A stretch of DNA of 64,000 bases, taken from positions 51,256 to 115,255 of the forward strand of contig CATAJQ010000029.1 in NCBI GenBank assembly GCA_949487135.1, given 5' to 3'. This document shows positions 53,433 to 64,000 of this stretch, piece by piece; positions within the stretch are counted from its first letter, which is position 1; each line of letters opens with the position of its first letter. Made by a program: the position numbers and the translations under genes. The stretch comes from Cellvibrionales bacterium UBA7375 (GTDB lineage Bacteria; Pseudomonadota; Gammaproteobacteria; Pseudomonadales; Porticoccaceae). The notes beneath the pieces are model-generated. The model was given only the letters and a program-made list of their open reading frames with translations. It had not been told where the DNA came from and did no database searches.

Positions 53433-54386
53433 TTAAGCGGAGGGAACGGTAGCGAGTAGAGTGTCGATCACCTGATTGGCGTCAATACCCGCCGCTTCAG
53501 CTTCAAAACTCAGTATGAGTCTATGGCGAAGTACATCATGTGCAACTGAGCGAATATCATCAGGAGTGACATAGTCTCGATTATCTAGCCAAGCTACAGC
53601 GCGACTGCATCGATCGAGCGCAATAGTCGCTCGAGGGCTAGCACCAAAATCTAACCAGTTAGCTAGATCGCCGCCATAGGCTTCGGTGTTGCGCGTGGCT
53701 AGAATAATCTGCACCAAATACTCTTCGACTGCCTCATTCATATGTACAGACAAGACTTCTTTTCTTGCCGCAAATAAATCTTCTTGGGTAATGGAATCAA
53801 AGGCTGAAGTCGTTTCACCCTGTGCTTCTTCACGTGATAGCTGCAAGATAGTTCGCTCGCTATCAGGCGAGGGGTAGTCAACCGACACATGCATTAAAAA
53901 ACGATCCATCTGTGCTTCTGGTAAGGGGTAAGTACCTTCCTGCTCAATCGGGTTTTGCGTGGCCATAACCAAAAATAATTCAGGTAATGGGTAGCTGTTT
54001 TTACCCACTGAAATTTGTCTTTCTGCCATTGCCTCTAAAAGGGCCGATTGAACCTTGGCCGGCGCGCGGTTTATTTCATCCGCGAGTACCAAGTTATGAA
54101 ATAACGGGCCAGCTTGAAATTCGAATACACCCTGTTCAGGTCGATAAATATCACTACCGGTAATATCGGAAGGGAGAAGATCTGGCGTAAATTGCACGCG
54201 ATGAAACTCGGCATCTATGCCTTCGGATACTGTTTTAATTGCTTTTGTTTTTGCTAATCCGGGTGCGCCTTCAACCAATAGGTGGCCATCAGCTAAGAGG
54301 GCGATAATAATGCGTTCGATAAGTTGTTGTTGACCGACAATTCTGCTGTTAAGCCATGTTTTAAGGCTATTTATGTTCTGGTGCAA
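53433..54386 (-). CDS. MoxR-family AAA+ ATPase
   Basis: GAPGLAKT, QFTPDLLPSD, ADEINRAPAKVQSALLEAM and ATQNPIEQEGTYPLPEAQMDRF. Confidence 0.95.
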   Translation of the reverse strand: MHQNINSLKTWLNSRIVGQQQLIERIIIALLADGHLLVEGAPGLAKTKAIKTVSEGIDAEFHRVQFTPDLLPSDITGSDIYRPEQGVFEFQAGPLFHNLVLADEINRAPAKVQSALLEAMAERQISVGKNSYPLPELFLVMATQNPIEQEGTYPLPEAQMDRFLMHVSVDYPSPDSERTILQLSREEAQGETTSAFDSITQEDLFAARKEVLSVHMNEAVEEYLVQIILATRNTEAYGGDLANWLDFGASPRATIALDRCSRAVAWLDNRDYVTPDDIRSVAHDVLRHRLILSFEAEAAGIDANQVIDTLLATVPSA

Positions 54387-54518
54387 GTTGTACCTCTGTA
54401 AATTTTTTAGCTATAAAAAAACAATCACCGATTCTAGTTAGTCTCTGTACAAGAAACAATTGCCGATGTTAAAAATGATTTTTAAATCTAGTCCATTAAA
54501 TAATAGTTGAAAATCGCC

Positions 54519-54725
54519 TTACAGGTTGCCTGCCTTTTGCTGCATGGTAGCCTGACTAAACCCACTCCAATAATCAGCTCGACCTTGACGCCAGCCTGTA
54601 CACCATTGGAAACCTAATTCTGATTCGGTTTGGTAAGGGCAGGTTGAAATTGAGCGCTGCTGGATAGCAGTTTGATAGCCTCGAACAAAGGCCCGGTGGG
54701 ATAGGTCTTTCTTATGTTTTTTCAT
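54519..54725 (-). CDS. rmf: Ribosome modulation factor
   Basis: MKKHKKDLSHRAFVRGY...CPY...W..GWRQG matches RMF. ATG at 54725 with a GGAG SD is preferred over the track start at 54791. Confidence 0.82.
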   Translation of the reverse strand: MKKHKKDLSHRAFVRGYQTAIQQRSISTCPYQTESELGFQWCTGWRQGRADYWSGFSQATMQQKAGNL

Positions 54726-54925
54726 AGAATTCTCCATTTTGAATATTAAACGTCTGCTTGTTGATAAAATATTTGTCGTTTTTTTCAACAACCAGAGAGC
54801 AAAGAGAGATAGAATGGCGACCTTTATTGGCGCTAGCAGGTCACACTCTGTATTAAAGCTCCCCCAGTTTATTTTATGACCGTATATTTACTTAATGGTT
54901 CCATACATTTCAGGATACAAAAAAA

Positions 54926-57103
54926 GTGCCTCAAATAACAGATATTAACGCATGGTTAGCTACTTGCCCTAAGGGTATGGAGCAGCTTTTAGCTGATGAG
55001 CTAGGGGCTGTTGGCGCTTCAGAAATCAAGCAAACCGTTGCAGCGGTTCACTTTCAAGGCGCGATGCAAGTAGCCTATAGAGCCTGCCTGTGGTCACGTT
55101 TAGCTAATCGTATTCTTATGCCGCTGCTAACTTTTAAGCTCGATAGCACAGATGATCTGTATTCCAATGCGGTAGAAATTCCTTGGGAAGAGCATCTCAC
55201 TGAAGATAACAGCATTGCCATCGATTTTATTGGCACATCAAAGCATATCGACAATAGTATGTACGGAGCGCAATTGCTTAAAGATGCCGTAGTCGATCGT
55301 ATTCGCCGCGTTGCCGGTGGTCGCCCTAATGTAGATGCCAAATCACCGGATATTCGAATTCAGGCGCGTCAGCACAAGGGTCAAGTGGTTGTATCTTTGG
55401 ATATATCTGGCGATAGTCTGCACCGCAGAGGATACAGAACCGGTCAGGGCAGTGCGCCGCTCAAAGAAAATCTTGCCGCGGCATTACTGATGCGCGCCGG
55501 CTGGTCAGATATTGCCAAGCAGGGCGGTGCATTAATAGACCCAATGTGCGGTAGCGGCACCTTTTTGATCGAAGCGGCAATGATGGCGGCGGATATAGCG
55601 CCATCAATTAATCGCCAAACATTTGGCTTTACCCATTGGTTACAGCATGATCAAGAACTCTGGGAGTCGATTCTTACAGATGCTGAGCAAAGAAAAGAGG
55701 CCGGTCTAGCCAGCTTCTGCAACGATATACGTGGTTATGACGGCAATAGTCGAGTGTTAGAAGTCACGGTTGCCAATATTGAAAATGCTGGCTTAGATGA
55801 GCATATTCGGATTGCCCACAAGCCATTAGATCAATTCGGTAAAGCCACCGCAGATAGTGGCTTGTTAATTACCAATCCCCCTTATGGCGCCAGAATGGGT
55901 GAAGAGGAACAATTAGTGCCTCTCTACCAAAAGCTAGGTAGGGTACTGCAGAAAAACTTTATCCAGTGGCGCGCCGCCGTCTACACCGGCAATTTAGATT
56001 TAGCCCGTGAGTTAGATCTTTCGCCCAGTAAACAGTACAGTTTATTTAATGGCTCAATTGCCTGTAAATTGTTGGTATTTGACAATATGCAGTCAAAATC
56101 TGAGCAAATTGCCGAGCGCTTAAGCAAACCGGCACCGGTTCAGCCTCTATCAGAGGAGGCAAAAATGCTATTTAATCGTTTGCAAAAGAATCAAAGACGG
56201 TTAAAAGGTTGGTTAAAGAAATCTGGCGTTAGCTGTTATCGCCTTTACGATGCTGATATTCCAGAATATGCCGCCGCCATTGATATCTATGAACAACGCA
56301 TTTACGTGCAGGAATACGCTGCGCCAAGCAGTATTGAAGCCCGTGTGGCTACTCAGCGCTTTGAAACCATAAAGCGCGCTGTCAAAGAATTTGCTGGGGA
56401 TCGGTTCGAAAAGGTCTATTACAAAGAGCGCCGTCGGCAAAAAGGCGACGCTCAGTATCAGCGTCTAAATGATGAGTCTTCTGAAAGTATTTTAGTTAAT
56501 GAGGGTAGGGCACGCTTTGAGGTTAATCTAAGCGACTACTTGGATACTGGCTTATTTCTCGATCATCGTCCTGTGCGTCAGCTAGTGGGTGAACTGGCAT
56601 CGGGCAAGTCATTGCTTAATCTATTTTGTTATACCGCCTCTGCTACTGTGCAGGCGGCTCTTGCAGGCGCTAAGAGTTCGCTTAGTATCGATATGTCCAA
56701 TACCTATCTAGATTGGGCGCATCGCAACTTTGAGCTCAATAGTCTCAGCGCATCCAAACATAAGTTATTGCGTGCAGATTGCCTAAAATGGCTGGAAGAA
56801 GATTCGCAGACCTTTGATGTGATCTTTCTCGATCCACCCACTTTTTCTAATTCAAAGAAAATGGAATCGGTATTGGATGTTCAGCGAGATCATCCTGAAT
56901 TAATTCGTCAGGCTATGGCTAAGTTAAACCCTGAGGGTACGTTGGTTTTTTCTAATAACTTCCGCAAATTTAAATTGGATCAGCTAACGTCACGACAATT
57001 TAGCTGTGAAAATATAACTCAGCAAACTTTAGATCTTGATTTTGAGCGCAATCCGCGTATCCATAATGTGTGGTTAATTACCAAGCGCAGTTCTTTTGGT
57101 TGA
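54926..57103 (+). CDS. rlmKL: Bifunctional 23S rRNA m2G2445/m7G2069 methyltransferase
   Basis: THUMP domain, LHRRGYR, DPMCGSGT and NPPYG, then a second MTase domain with DTGLFLDHR and DPPTFSNSK. Confidence 0.95.
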   Translation: MPQITDINAWLATCPKGMEQLLADELGAVGASEIKQTVAAVHFQGAMQVAYRACLWSRLANRILMPLLTFKLDSTDDLYSNAVEIPWEEHLTEDNSIAIDFIGTSKHIDNSMYGAQLLKDAVVDRIRRVAGGRPNVDAKSPDIRIQARQHKGQVVVSLDISGDSLHRRGYRTGQGSAPLKENLAAALLMRAGWSDIAKQGGALIDPMCGSGTFLIEAAMMAADIAPSINRQTFGFTHWLQHDQELWESILTDAEQRKEAGLASFCNDIRGYDGNSRVLEVTVANIENAGLDEHIRIAHKPLDQFGKATADSGLLITNPPYGARMGEEEQLVPLYQKLGRVLQKNFIQWRAAVYTGNLDLARELDLSPSKQYSLFNGSIACKLLVFDNMQSKSEQIAERLSKPAPVQPLSEEAKMLFNRLQKNQRRLKGWLKKSGVSCYRLYDADIPEYAAAIDIYEQRIYVQEYAAPSSIEARVATQRFETIKRAVKEFAGDRFEKVYYKERRRQKGDAQYQRLNDESSESILVNEGRARFEVNLSDYLDTGLFLDHRPVRQLVGELASGKSLLNLFCYTASATVQAALAGAKSSLSIDMSNTYLDWAHRNFELNSLSASKHKLLRADCLKWLEEDSQTFDVIFLDPPTFSNSKKMESVLDVQRDHPELIRQAMAKLNPEGTLVFSNNFRKFKLDQLTSRQFSCENITQQTLDLDFERNPRIHNVWLITKRSSFG

Positions 57104-57108
57104 TGCTA

Positions 57109-57345
57109 ATGAATAAACAAATCACCCTAATAAGCGGCCCCAATTGCCATCTTTGTGAGCAGGCAAAAGAGATGCTAAATCCGCTACTAGAGGAAAAACA
57201 TATCCAGCTAAAAGTGCTTAATGTGGGCGAAGATCAGGCGCTTTTTGAGCAATATGGACTGCGTATCCCAGTGGTTGTTTTTGCAGATGGCAGTGAAAAA
57301 GGCTGGCCATTTACCGCTGCACAGATTGCCAGATTGATAGATTAA
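57109..57345 (+). CDS. Glutaredoxin-like protein (DUF836)
   Basis: CHLC redox motif, YGLRIPV and GWPF; start at 57103 or 57109. Confidence 0.8.
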   Translation: MNKQITLISGPNCHLCEQAKEMLNPLLEEKHIQLKVLNVGEDQALFEQYGLRIPVVVFADGSEKGWPFTAAQIARLID

Positions 57346-57386
57346 AATATATAAATATCAATGATTTAATAATATATAATAATAAA

Positions 57387-57860
57387 TTACTTTAAAAATG
57401 GCCTGAGGTAAGAATCCAGTGCATTGGCAAAATCCATGCGGTCTCTCTGGCTGAGTGGTGGGGGGCCGCCTCCAACCTCAACACCGCTTGAACGCATCGA
57501 GTCCATAAAGTCGCGCATATTTAGTCGAGCGCGAATATTTGAGGTAGTGTAAAGCTCACCTCGAGGGTTAAGTGCTTTGCCCTGTTTTTCAATCACTTCT
57601 GCCGCCAGAGGAATATCTGCAGTAATCACCAAATCGTCTTTTTCTACCAAGCTCACTATATGATCATCGGCCACATCAAACCCCGAACTCACACAAATTG
57701 ATCGCACGGTGGGTATTCTTGGGGTATTTAAGGGTTGATTAGCTACCAAAATAACATCAATACCCGTGCGCTGTGATACGCGGTATAAAATATCTTTTAT
57801 AACCCCGGGGCAGGCATCGGCATCGACATATATTTTCAAGGATATTGCTCTTGTTGACAT
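57387..57860 (-). CDS. YaiI/YqxD family protein
   Basis: [16 protein letters not shown] and [10 protein letters not shown] motifs. Confidence 0.92.
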   Translation of the reverse strand: MSTRAISLKIYVDADACPGVIKDILYRVSQRTGIDVILVANQPLNTPRIPTVRSICVSSGFDVADDHIVSLVEKDDLVITADIPLAAEVIEKQGKALNPRGELYTTSNIRARLNMRDFMDSMRSSGVEVGGGPPPLSQRDRMDFANALDSYLRPFLK

Positions 57861-57967
57861 AGTGTTTTTACATTGTAACTGATTCTGTGCATTTCGCGGT
57901 TAAATCTAGTACTTGTAAAGCTTGAAAGAGTGGGTAAAATGCCCGCCTTAACTAAAATTATAATCAT

Positions 57968-57988
57968 GTGGCCTCTTGTATGGGTCAC
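57968..57988 (+). promoter_or_regulatory. thrS translational operator (tRNA-Thr anticodon-arm mimic)
   Basis: 7-bp stem GTGGCCT/GGGTCAC closes a 7-nt loop CTTGTAT (C-U-UGU-A-U, a Thr anticodon). It is followed by CACTG and the AAGGA SD, as in the E. coli operator. Confidence 0.8.
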
Positions 57989-58007
57989 CACTGACAAGGA
58001 ATAAGCT

Positions 58008-59939
58008 ATGCCTGTTATTACCCTTCCTGATGGATCCCAACGCGAATTTGATACTGCTGTCTCTGTGCTCGATATAGCCACTGATATAGGCCCTGGTCTT
58101 GCCAAGGCAACCATTGCTGGTGAGGTCAACGGCAATTTGGTAGATGCCTGCGACCTAATCGATAATGATGCCAATATCAGAATTATTACCGAAAGAGATG
58201 CCGAAGGCGTCGAAATTATTCGTCACTCCTGTGCACATTTGCTCGGTCATGCTGTTAAACAGTTGTATCCAGCCGCTCAGATGGTAATTGGTCCAGTGAT
58301 TGAAAATGGTTTTTATTATGATATTGCCTATGAGCGTGCCTTTACTCCAGAAGATTTAACAGCGATTGAAGAGCGTATGAAGCAGCTTATCGCAACTGAC
58401 TATGATGTGGTTAAGAAGGTCACGCCGCGCCAAGAGGTTATAGAGACCTTCGAGGCCAGAGATGAGAGTTATAAGCTACAGCTGATTGCCGATATGCCCG
58501 ATGAGCAGGCTATGGGTTTGTACCATCACCAAGAATATATAGATATGTGTCGCGGCCCCCATGTGCCAAATACACGTTTTTTAAAGCATATGAAGCTGAC
58601 CAAAATTTCAGGTGCTTACTGGCGTGGCGACGCGCAAAACGAGCAACTACAGCGTATTTATGGCACTGCTTGGGCCAATAAAAAAGAGTTAAAAGCCTAC
58701 ATCAATCGTATGGCTGAAGCCGAAAAGCGCGACCACCGTAAAATTGGTAAAAAGCTTGATCTATTCCATATGCAGGAAGAGGCGCCGGGTTCAGTTTTTT
58801 GGCACCCCAAAGGCTGGGCGATTTATAACGGCATTATGGACTATATGCGTCAAACACAGGTTCAGCATGGCTATACTGAAATTAGAACCCCGCAGGTTGT
58901 TGATTATAGCTTGTGGGAAAAGTCGGGCCATGCCGATAAGTTTGGCGATGATATGTTTTCAATTTCTTCTGAGGATAGACAGTACGCTGTTAAGCCGATG
59001 AACTGTCCCTGTCATATTCAGGTTTTTAATCAAGGTCTTAGAAGCTATCGCGATTTACCTTATCGCGTTACTGAATTTGGTGCCTGTCACCGCAATGAGC
59101 CGTCGGGTTCATTGCATGGCATTATGCGGGTGCGTTCCTTTACTCAGGATGATGGCCATATCTTTTGTACTGAGGAGCAAATTCAATCCGAAGTATCCAA
59201 TTTTATGGATATGCTACACGCTGTGTATGCTGATTTTGGCTTTAGTGAAATTATTTACCGCCTATCAACGAGGCCTGAAAAGCGTGTTGGTACTGATGAA
59301 AGCTGGGATAGAGCAGAAAAGGCACTCGCCGATGCACTTGATGCTAAAGATTTACCTTGGCAAGAGTTACCGGGTGAAGGTGCTTTTTATGGCCCTAAGA
59401 TAGAATTCTCGCTCAAAGATTGTATTGGTCGAGTGTGGCAGATGGGTACAATTCAGGTGGATTTCTCGATGCCGGGTCGTTTAGATGCGGAATATGTGGC
59501 CGAAGATGGCAGTCGTAAAACACCGGTTATGTTGCACCGTGCAGTATTGGGTTCATTCGAACGATTTATCGGTATTTTGATCGAACAACACGAAGGCGCA
59601 TTTCCATTTTGGTTGGCTCCTCAACAGGCCGTTGTGATCAATATTACCGATTCTCAGGCCGAATATGCCAATTTAGTCACTCAATCTATGCAAAATAAGG
59701 GATTTAGAGTGAATTCGGACTTGAGAAACGAGAAGATCGGCTTTAAAATTCGCGGTCATTCTATGCAACGGGTTCCCTATCTTCTCGTTGTTGGTGATAA
59801 AGAGATTGAAAATGGCACTGTAGCATTGCGAACACGCGACGGCGAAGACTTGGGAAGTATGACGATTGAAGAGGTTATTTCGCTCTTTCAACGTGATACC
59901 GAAAAACGCAGTCGTGAATTTGAAACGAATACGGAGTAA
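58008..59939 (+). CDS. thrS: Threonine--tRNA ligase
   Basis: TGS domain, [27 protein letters not shown] and anticodon-binding domain. Confidence 0.98.
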   Translation: MPVITLPDGSQREFDTAVSVLDIATDIGPGLAKATIAGEVNGNLVDACDLIDNDANIRIITERDAEGVEIIRHSCAHLLGHAVKQLYPAAQMVIGPVIENGFYYDIAYERAFTPEDLTAIEERMKQLIATDYDVVKKVTPRQEVIETFEARDESYKLQLIADMPDEQAMGLYHHQEYIDMCRGPHVPNTRFLKHMKLTKISGAYWRGDAQNEQLQRIYGTAWANKKELKAYINRMAEAEKRDHRKIGKKLDLFHMQEEAPGSVFWHPKGWAIYNGIMDYMRQTQVQHGYTEIRTPQVVDYSLWEKSGHADKFGDDMFSISSEDRQYAVKPMNCPCHIQVFNQGLRSYRDLPYRVTEFGACHRNEPSGSLHGIMRVRSFTQDDGHIFCTEEQIQSEVSNFMDMLHAVYADFGFSEIIYRLSTRPEKRVGTDESWDRAEKALADALDAKDLPWQELPGEGAFYGPKIEFSLKDCIGRVWQMGTIQVDFSMPGRLDAEYVAEDGSRKTPVMLHRAVLGSFERFIGILIEQHEGAFPFWLAPQQAVVINITDSQAEYANLVTQSMQNKGFRVNSDLRNEKIGFKIRGHSMQRVPYLLVVGDKEIENGTVALRTRDGEDLGSMTIEEVISLFQRDTEKRSREFETNTE

Positions 59940-59944
59940 TACTT

Positions 59945-60472
59945 ATTAAAAAAGACAGTAAACGGGCAAGACTTAACGAAGATATAACAGCTTCGGAAGT
60001 TAGGCTAATTGGTTCAGACGGTTCTCAGGTGGGCGTGGTTTCTATAGAAACTGCACTTGAAACTGCACAAAATGACTCTTTGGATTTGGTAGAGATTTCA
60101 CCGGATTCAAAACCTCCCGTTTGCAAAGTAATGGACTACGGAAAGCATGTCTTTGATATTAAGAAAAAAGCTGCTCTGCAAAAGAAGAAGCAAAAGCAGA
60201 CGCAAGTTAAAGAGATTAAATTTCGTCCGGGAACTGACGTTGGCGATTACCAGATTAAACTGCGTAGTCTTATTAAGTTCTTGGAGAATGGTGATAAAAC
60301 CAAGATCACACTGCGCTTTCGCGGTCGTGAAATGGCTCACCAAGAATTGGGTATGGAAATGATGAAGCGTGTTGAAGCTGATCTTTCCGAACTGGCTCAG
60401 GTAGAGCAGTTCCCAAAACTAGAAGGTCGTCAAATGACTATGGTCATGGCGCCTTTTAGTAAAAAAAGGTAG
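59945..60472 (+). CDS. infC: Translation initiation factor IF-3, ATT start
   Basis: The frame extends upstream of the track start to ATT at 59945, with a GGAG SD at 59933-59936. It reads [23 protein letters not shown]...KVMDYGK...KEIKFRP. Confidence 0.95.
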   Translation: MKKDSKRARLNEDITASEVRLIGSDGSQVGVVSIETALETAQNDSLDLVEISPDSKPPVCKVMDYGKHVFDIKKKAALQKKKQKQTQVKEIKFRPGTDVGDYQIKLRSLIKFLENGDKTKITLRFRGREMAHQELGMEMMKRVEADLSELAQVEQFPKLEGRQMTMVMAPFSKKR

Positions 60473-60491
60473 TAGGAAGCTACCGTAACAG

Positions 60492-60560
60492 CAGTAAGAA
60501 ACACAGCGCGACCCGCGTTCAGCCACTGTTTTTGGCAGGCTGTCCGGGCGGCTCTTACTG
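60492..60560 (+). promoter_or_regulatory. Long stem-loop between infC and rpmI; candidate L20 translational-control element
   Basis: Perfect CAGTAAGA/TCTTACTG outer stem encloses a CAGCC/GGCTG stem. Position matches the infC-rpmI stem-loop involved in L20 autoregulation in E. coli. Confidence 0.5.
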
Positions 60561-60591
60561 AATATTAACCCTATAAATTAGGAGAACTAAA

Positions 60592-60786
60592 ATGCCAAAA
60601 GCAAAGACTCACAGTGGCGCTGCTAAGCGCTTCAAAAAGACGGCTGCGGGCTATAAGCATAAGCATCAGCACAAAACCCATATTCTTACCAAAATGACGA
60701 CCAAGCGTAAGCGTCAACTACGTGGCACCAGCATCCTAACTGCTGCTGATAGCCCTCGTGTCGACCGTATGCTGCGTGGCCTGTAA
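60592..60786 (+). CDS. rpmI: 50S ribosomal protein L35
   Basis: [17 protein letters not shown]...HILTK. Confidence 0.97.
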   Translation: MPKAKTHSGAAKRFKKTAAGYKHKHQHKTHILTKMTTKRKRQLRGTSILTAADSPRVDRMLRGL

Positions 60787-60812
60787 TTAACTAAATTTGG
60801 TAGGAGAATAAT

Positions 60813-61181
60813 ATGCCTAGAGTAAAACGTGGTGTTGAAGCCAGTCGTCGACACAAAAAGATTTTAAAACAAGCGAAAGGTTACTACGGCGCAAGAAGCC
60901 GAGTTTTTCGTGTTGCTACACAGGCCGTAACCAAAGCGGGTCAATATGCTTATCGCGATCGTCGCGCTAAGAAGCGTACTTTCCGTAGACTTTGGATTGC
61001 CCGAATCAATGCACAGTCTCGTGTAGAAGGTTTGAGCTACAGCCGATTAATCAATGGCCTCAGCAAAGCGAAGATCGAACTCGATCGACGTGTACTTGCA
61101 GACTTGGCTGTATATGATAAAGCTGCTTTTGGTGCGGTAGTTAAGAAAGCAAAGACTGCCCTAGATAAAGCTGCTAAGTAA
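60813..61181 (+). CDS. rplT: 50S ribosomal protein L20
   Basis: MPRVKRGV...[10 protein letters not shown]...AYRDRR...LWIARIN. Confidence 0.98.
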   Translation: MPRVKRGVEASRRHKKILKQAKGYYGARSRVFRVATQAVTKAGQYAYRDRRAKKRTFRRLWIARINAQSRVEGLSYSRLINGLSKAKIELDRRVLADLAVYDKAAFGAVVKKAKTALDKAAK

Positions 61182-61225
61182 TATCTAACAGCTCATTATT
61201 CAGTCAATGAATAATAGGCTAGCGA

Positions 61226-61263
61226 AATAGGGAAGGGGCTAAAGCTCTTTCCCTATTTTTTTT
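61226..61263 (+). terminator. Rho-independent terminator after rplT
   Basis: AATAGGGAAGGGGC-taaa-GCTCTTTCCCTATT followed by a T-tract. Confidence 0.85.
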
Positions 61264-61304
61264 ACACTGATACTAAAGTAGACGTAGAATAGACAATTAA
61301 TTAA

Positions 61305-62351
<1,047 letters not shown>

Positions 62352-62363
62352 GTAGAGGGATCT

Positions 62364-64000
62364 ATGAAATTTAGTGAATCGTGGTTGCGTCAATCAGTCA
62401 ACCCCTCCATCTCAACTGAAGACTTAGTTGCTCAGATTACCATGGCCGGTTTAGAGGTCGATGGCGTTGAGTCGGCATCGCCAGAGATAAGTGGTGTGGT
62501 TGTCGGTGAAATTATTTCAATAGAACAGCACCCAGATGCGGACAAGTTAGGCGTCTGTCAGGTGGCCGGTAATGGCGATTCAGAGCTTCAAGTGGTCTGT
62601 GGTGCCGCCAATGCACGGGTTGGTATTAAAATACCCTTTGCAACCGTCGGCGCCAAACTGCCCGAAGGTTTCAAAATCAAAAAAGCCAAGCTGCGTGGGG
62701 TCGAGTCCCTAGGTATGCTCTGTGGTCAAACCGAGTTAGCACTGGGTGATGATGATTCAGGGCTATGGGAACTGCCTGCCGATGCCACTGTGGGTCAAGA
62801 TCTGCTTGAGTATCTCGACTTAAGCGACAACATTATAGAAGTAGACCTCACTCCAAACCGCGCGGATTGCCTAAGCATTCGTGGTTTAGCGCGTGAGGTG
62901 GGTGTACTTAATTCTGAGCCGGTAAAGCAATTGCACATTGATGCGGTTGAGCCAACCATTAAAGATGCAGTTAAAGCATCTATAGAAGCACCTCAAGCCT
63001 GTGGGCGCTATGCGGGACGGATTGTTCGCGGTGTAGATTTAACCCGCCCAACGCCGTTGTGGATGCAAGAGCGCTTGCGTCGCAGTGGTATTAGAACCCT
63101 AGGTCCAGCCGTTGATATTACTAACTATGTGTTGCTTGAGTTAGGTCAGCCTATGCATGCCTTTGATCTAGCCAAACTAGATGGCGATATAGTCGTGCGT
63201 ATGGGGCAGGGCGAAACCCTTGAGCTGTTAGATGATTCTAAGGTCAAAGTAGCCAGTGATACCCTAGTGATTGCTGATCAGTCACAAACCTTAGCCATGG
63301 CAGGCATTATGGGTGGCGCGCAATCAGCCGTATCTAATAGCACTACAGATATATTGTTTGAAAGCGCTTGGTTTGACCCCATCGCCATAGCCGGTAAAGC
63401 CAGAAACTACGGCAAGCATACCGATTCATCCCATCGTTTTGAGCGCGGCGTTGATTCAGCTCTACAAATTCAGGCACTAGAGCGTGCCACAGCTCTTATG
63501 TTAGAAATCTGCGGCGGTGATGCAGGCCCAGTGACTACAGCGGAAGCGGCAGATTACCTGCCGAAGCCTGCCAGTATTGAGCTGCGTGATCAGCATCTAG
63601 CTCAACAGTTAGGTGTAAGTATCGATGCCACTACAGTGGACGATATGCTAACTCGCCTTGGCTTAACCCTACAGCAACGCGATGCCGATAAAGGCATATG
63701 GCAATCTCCAAGCTGGCGCTTTGATTTAGCCATTGAGCAAGATTTGGTGGAAGAAGTAGCGCGAGTCTATGGATACAACAACTTGCCAGTGACCACGCCC
63801 GCTATGGCGGTTGATATAACGGCCAATAAAGAAGCTATTAAACCTCTTGAGTACTTTAGAGACCGATTAGTCTCTTTGGGCTATCAAGAAGCCATAACTT
63901 ACAGCTTCGTAGATCCACAGTTGCTAGCAACCTTAGATCCTCAGCGTCAGGGGGTAAAAGTCAGCAATCCGATTTCTCAGGATCTATCGGTGATGCGCAC
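62364..64000 (+). CDS. pheT: Phenylalanine--tRNA ligase beta subunit; runs off the right edge and is missing from the ORF track
   Basis: ATG at 62364 gives MKFSESWLR...MAGLEV...HPDADKL...LTPNRADCLS...RFERGVD...NPISQDLSVMR, with first and last motifs in the same frame. Confidence 0.97.
   Translation, partial: MKFSESWLRQSVNPSISTEDLVAQITMAGLEVDGVESASPEISGVVVGEIISIEQHPDADKLGVCQVAGNGDSELQVVCGAANARVGIKIPFATVGAKLPEGFKIKKAKLRGVESLGMLCGQTELALGDDDSGLWELPADATVGQDLLEYLDLSDNIIEVDLTPNRADCLSIRGLAREVGVLNSEPVKQLHIDAVEPTIKDAVKASIEAPQACGRYAGRIVRGVDLTRPTPLWMQERLRRSGIRTLGPAVDITNYVLLELGQPMHAFDLAKLDGDIVVRMGQGETLELLDDSKVKVASDTLVIADQSQTLAMAGIMGGAQSAVSNSTTDILFESAWFDPIAIAGKARNYGKHTDSSHRFERGVDSALQIQALERATALMLEICGGDAGPVTTAEAADYLPKPASIELRDQHLAQQLGVSIDATTVDDMLTRLGLTLQQRDADKGIWQSPSWRFDLAIEQDLVEEVARVYGYNNLPVTTPAMAVDITANKEAIKPLEYFRDRLVSLGYQEAITYSFVDPQLLATLDPQRQGVKVSNPISQDLSVMR

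Overview
About 43% GC core-genome segment of a marine gammaproteobacterium. Gene content and order are Pseudomonadales/Cellvibrionales-like, and an oligotrophic OMG/SAR92-type lineage is my inference. It is almost all housekeeping: valS-holC-pepA / lptFG, rlmB, rpsF-rpsR-rplI-dnaB, panCD, ilvIHC-pssA, leuA-holD-rimI, regBA, uvrA-MFS-ssb, fabAB, ispB, pntAB, purC, aspC, nadK-pepN, a MoxR/vWA (Bat-type) operon, rmf, rlmKL and thrS-infC-rpmI-rplT-pheST. I found no rRNA, tRNA, CRISPR array, phage, transposase or defence island, and no convincing new multi-gene system. The most interesting signals are small and lie outside the ORF track. (1) A ~200-nt multi-hairpin leader precedes ilvI. (2) An apparently leaderless Leu/Val-rich uORF precedes leuA. 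(3) Two unannotated gene relics sit in intergenic DNA: a secretin C-terminus and a CPBP/CAAX-protease C-terminus. (4) An in-frame TAA splits regB between its quinone-sensing and kinase parts. (5) DnaB carries a ~26-aa insertion. Known RNA control elements are also visible: the S6:S18 leader, the thrS tRNA-mimic operator and the ATT start of infC. All calls come from manual motif recognition; no searches were run.
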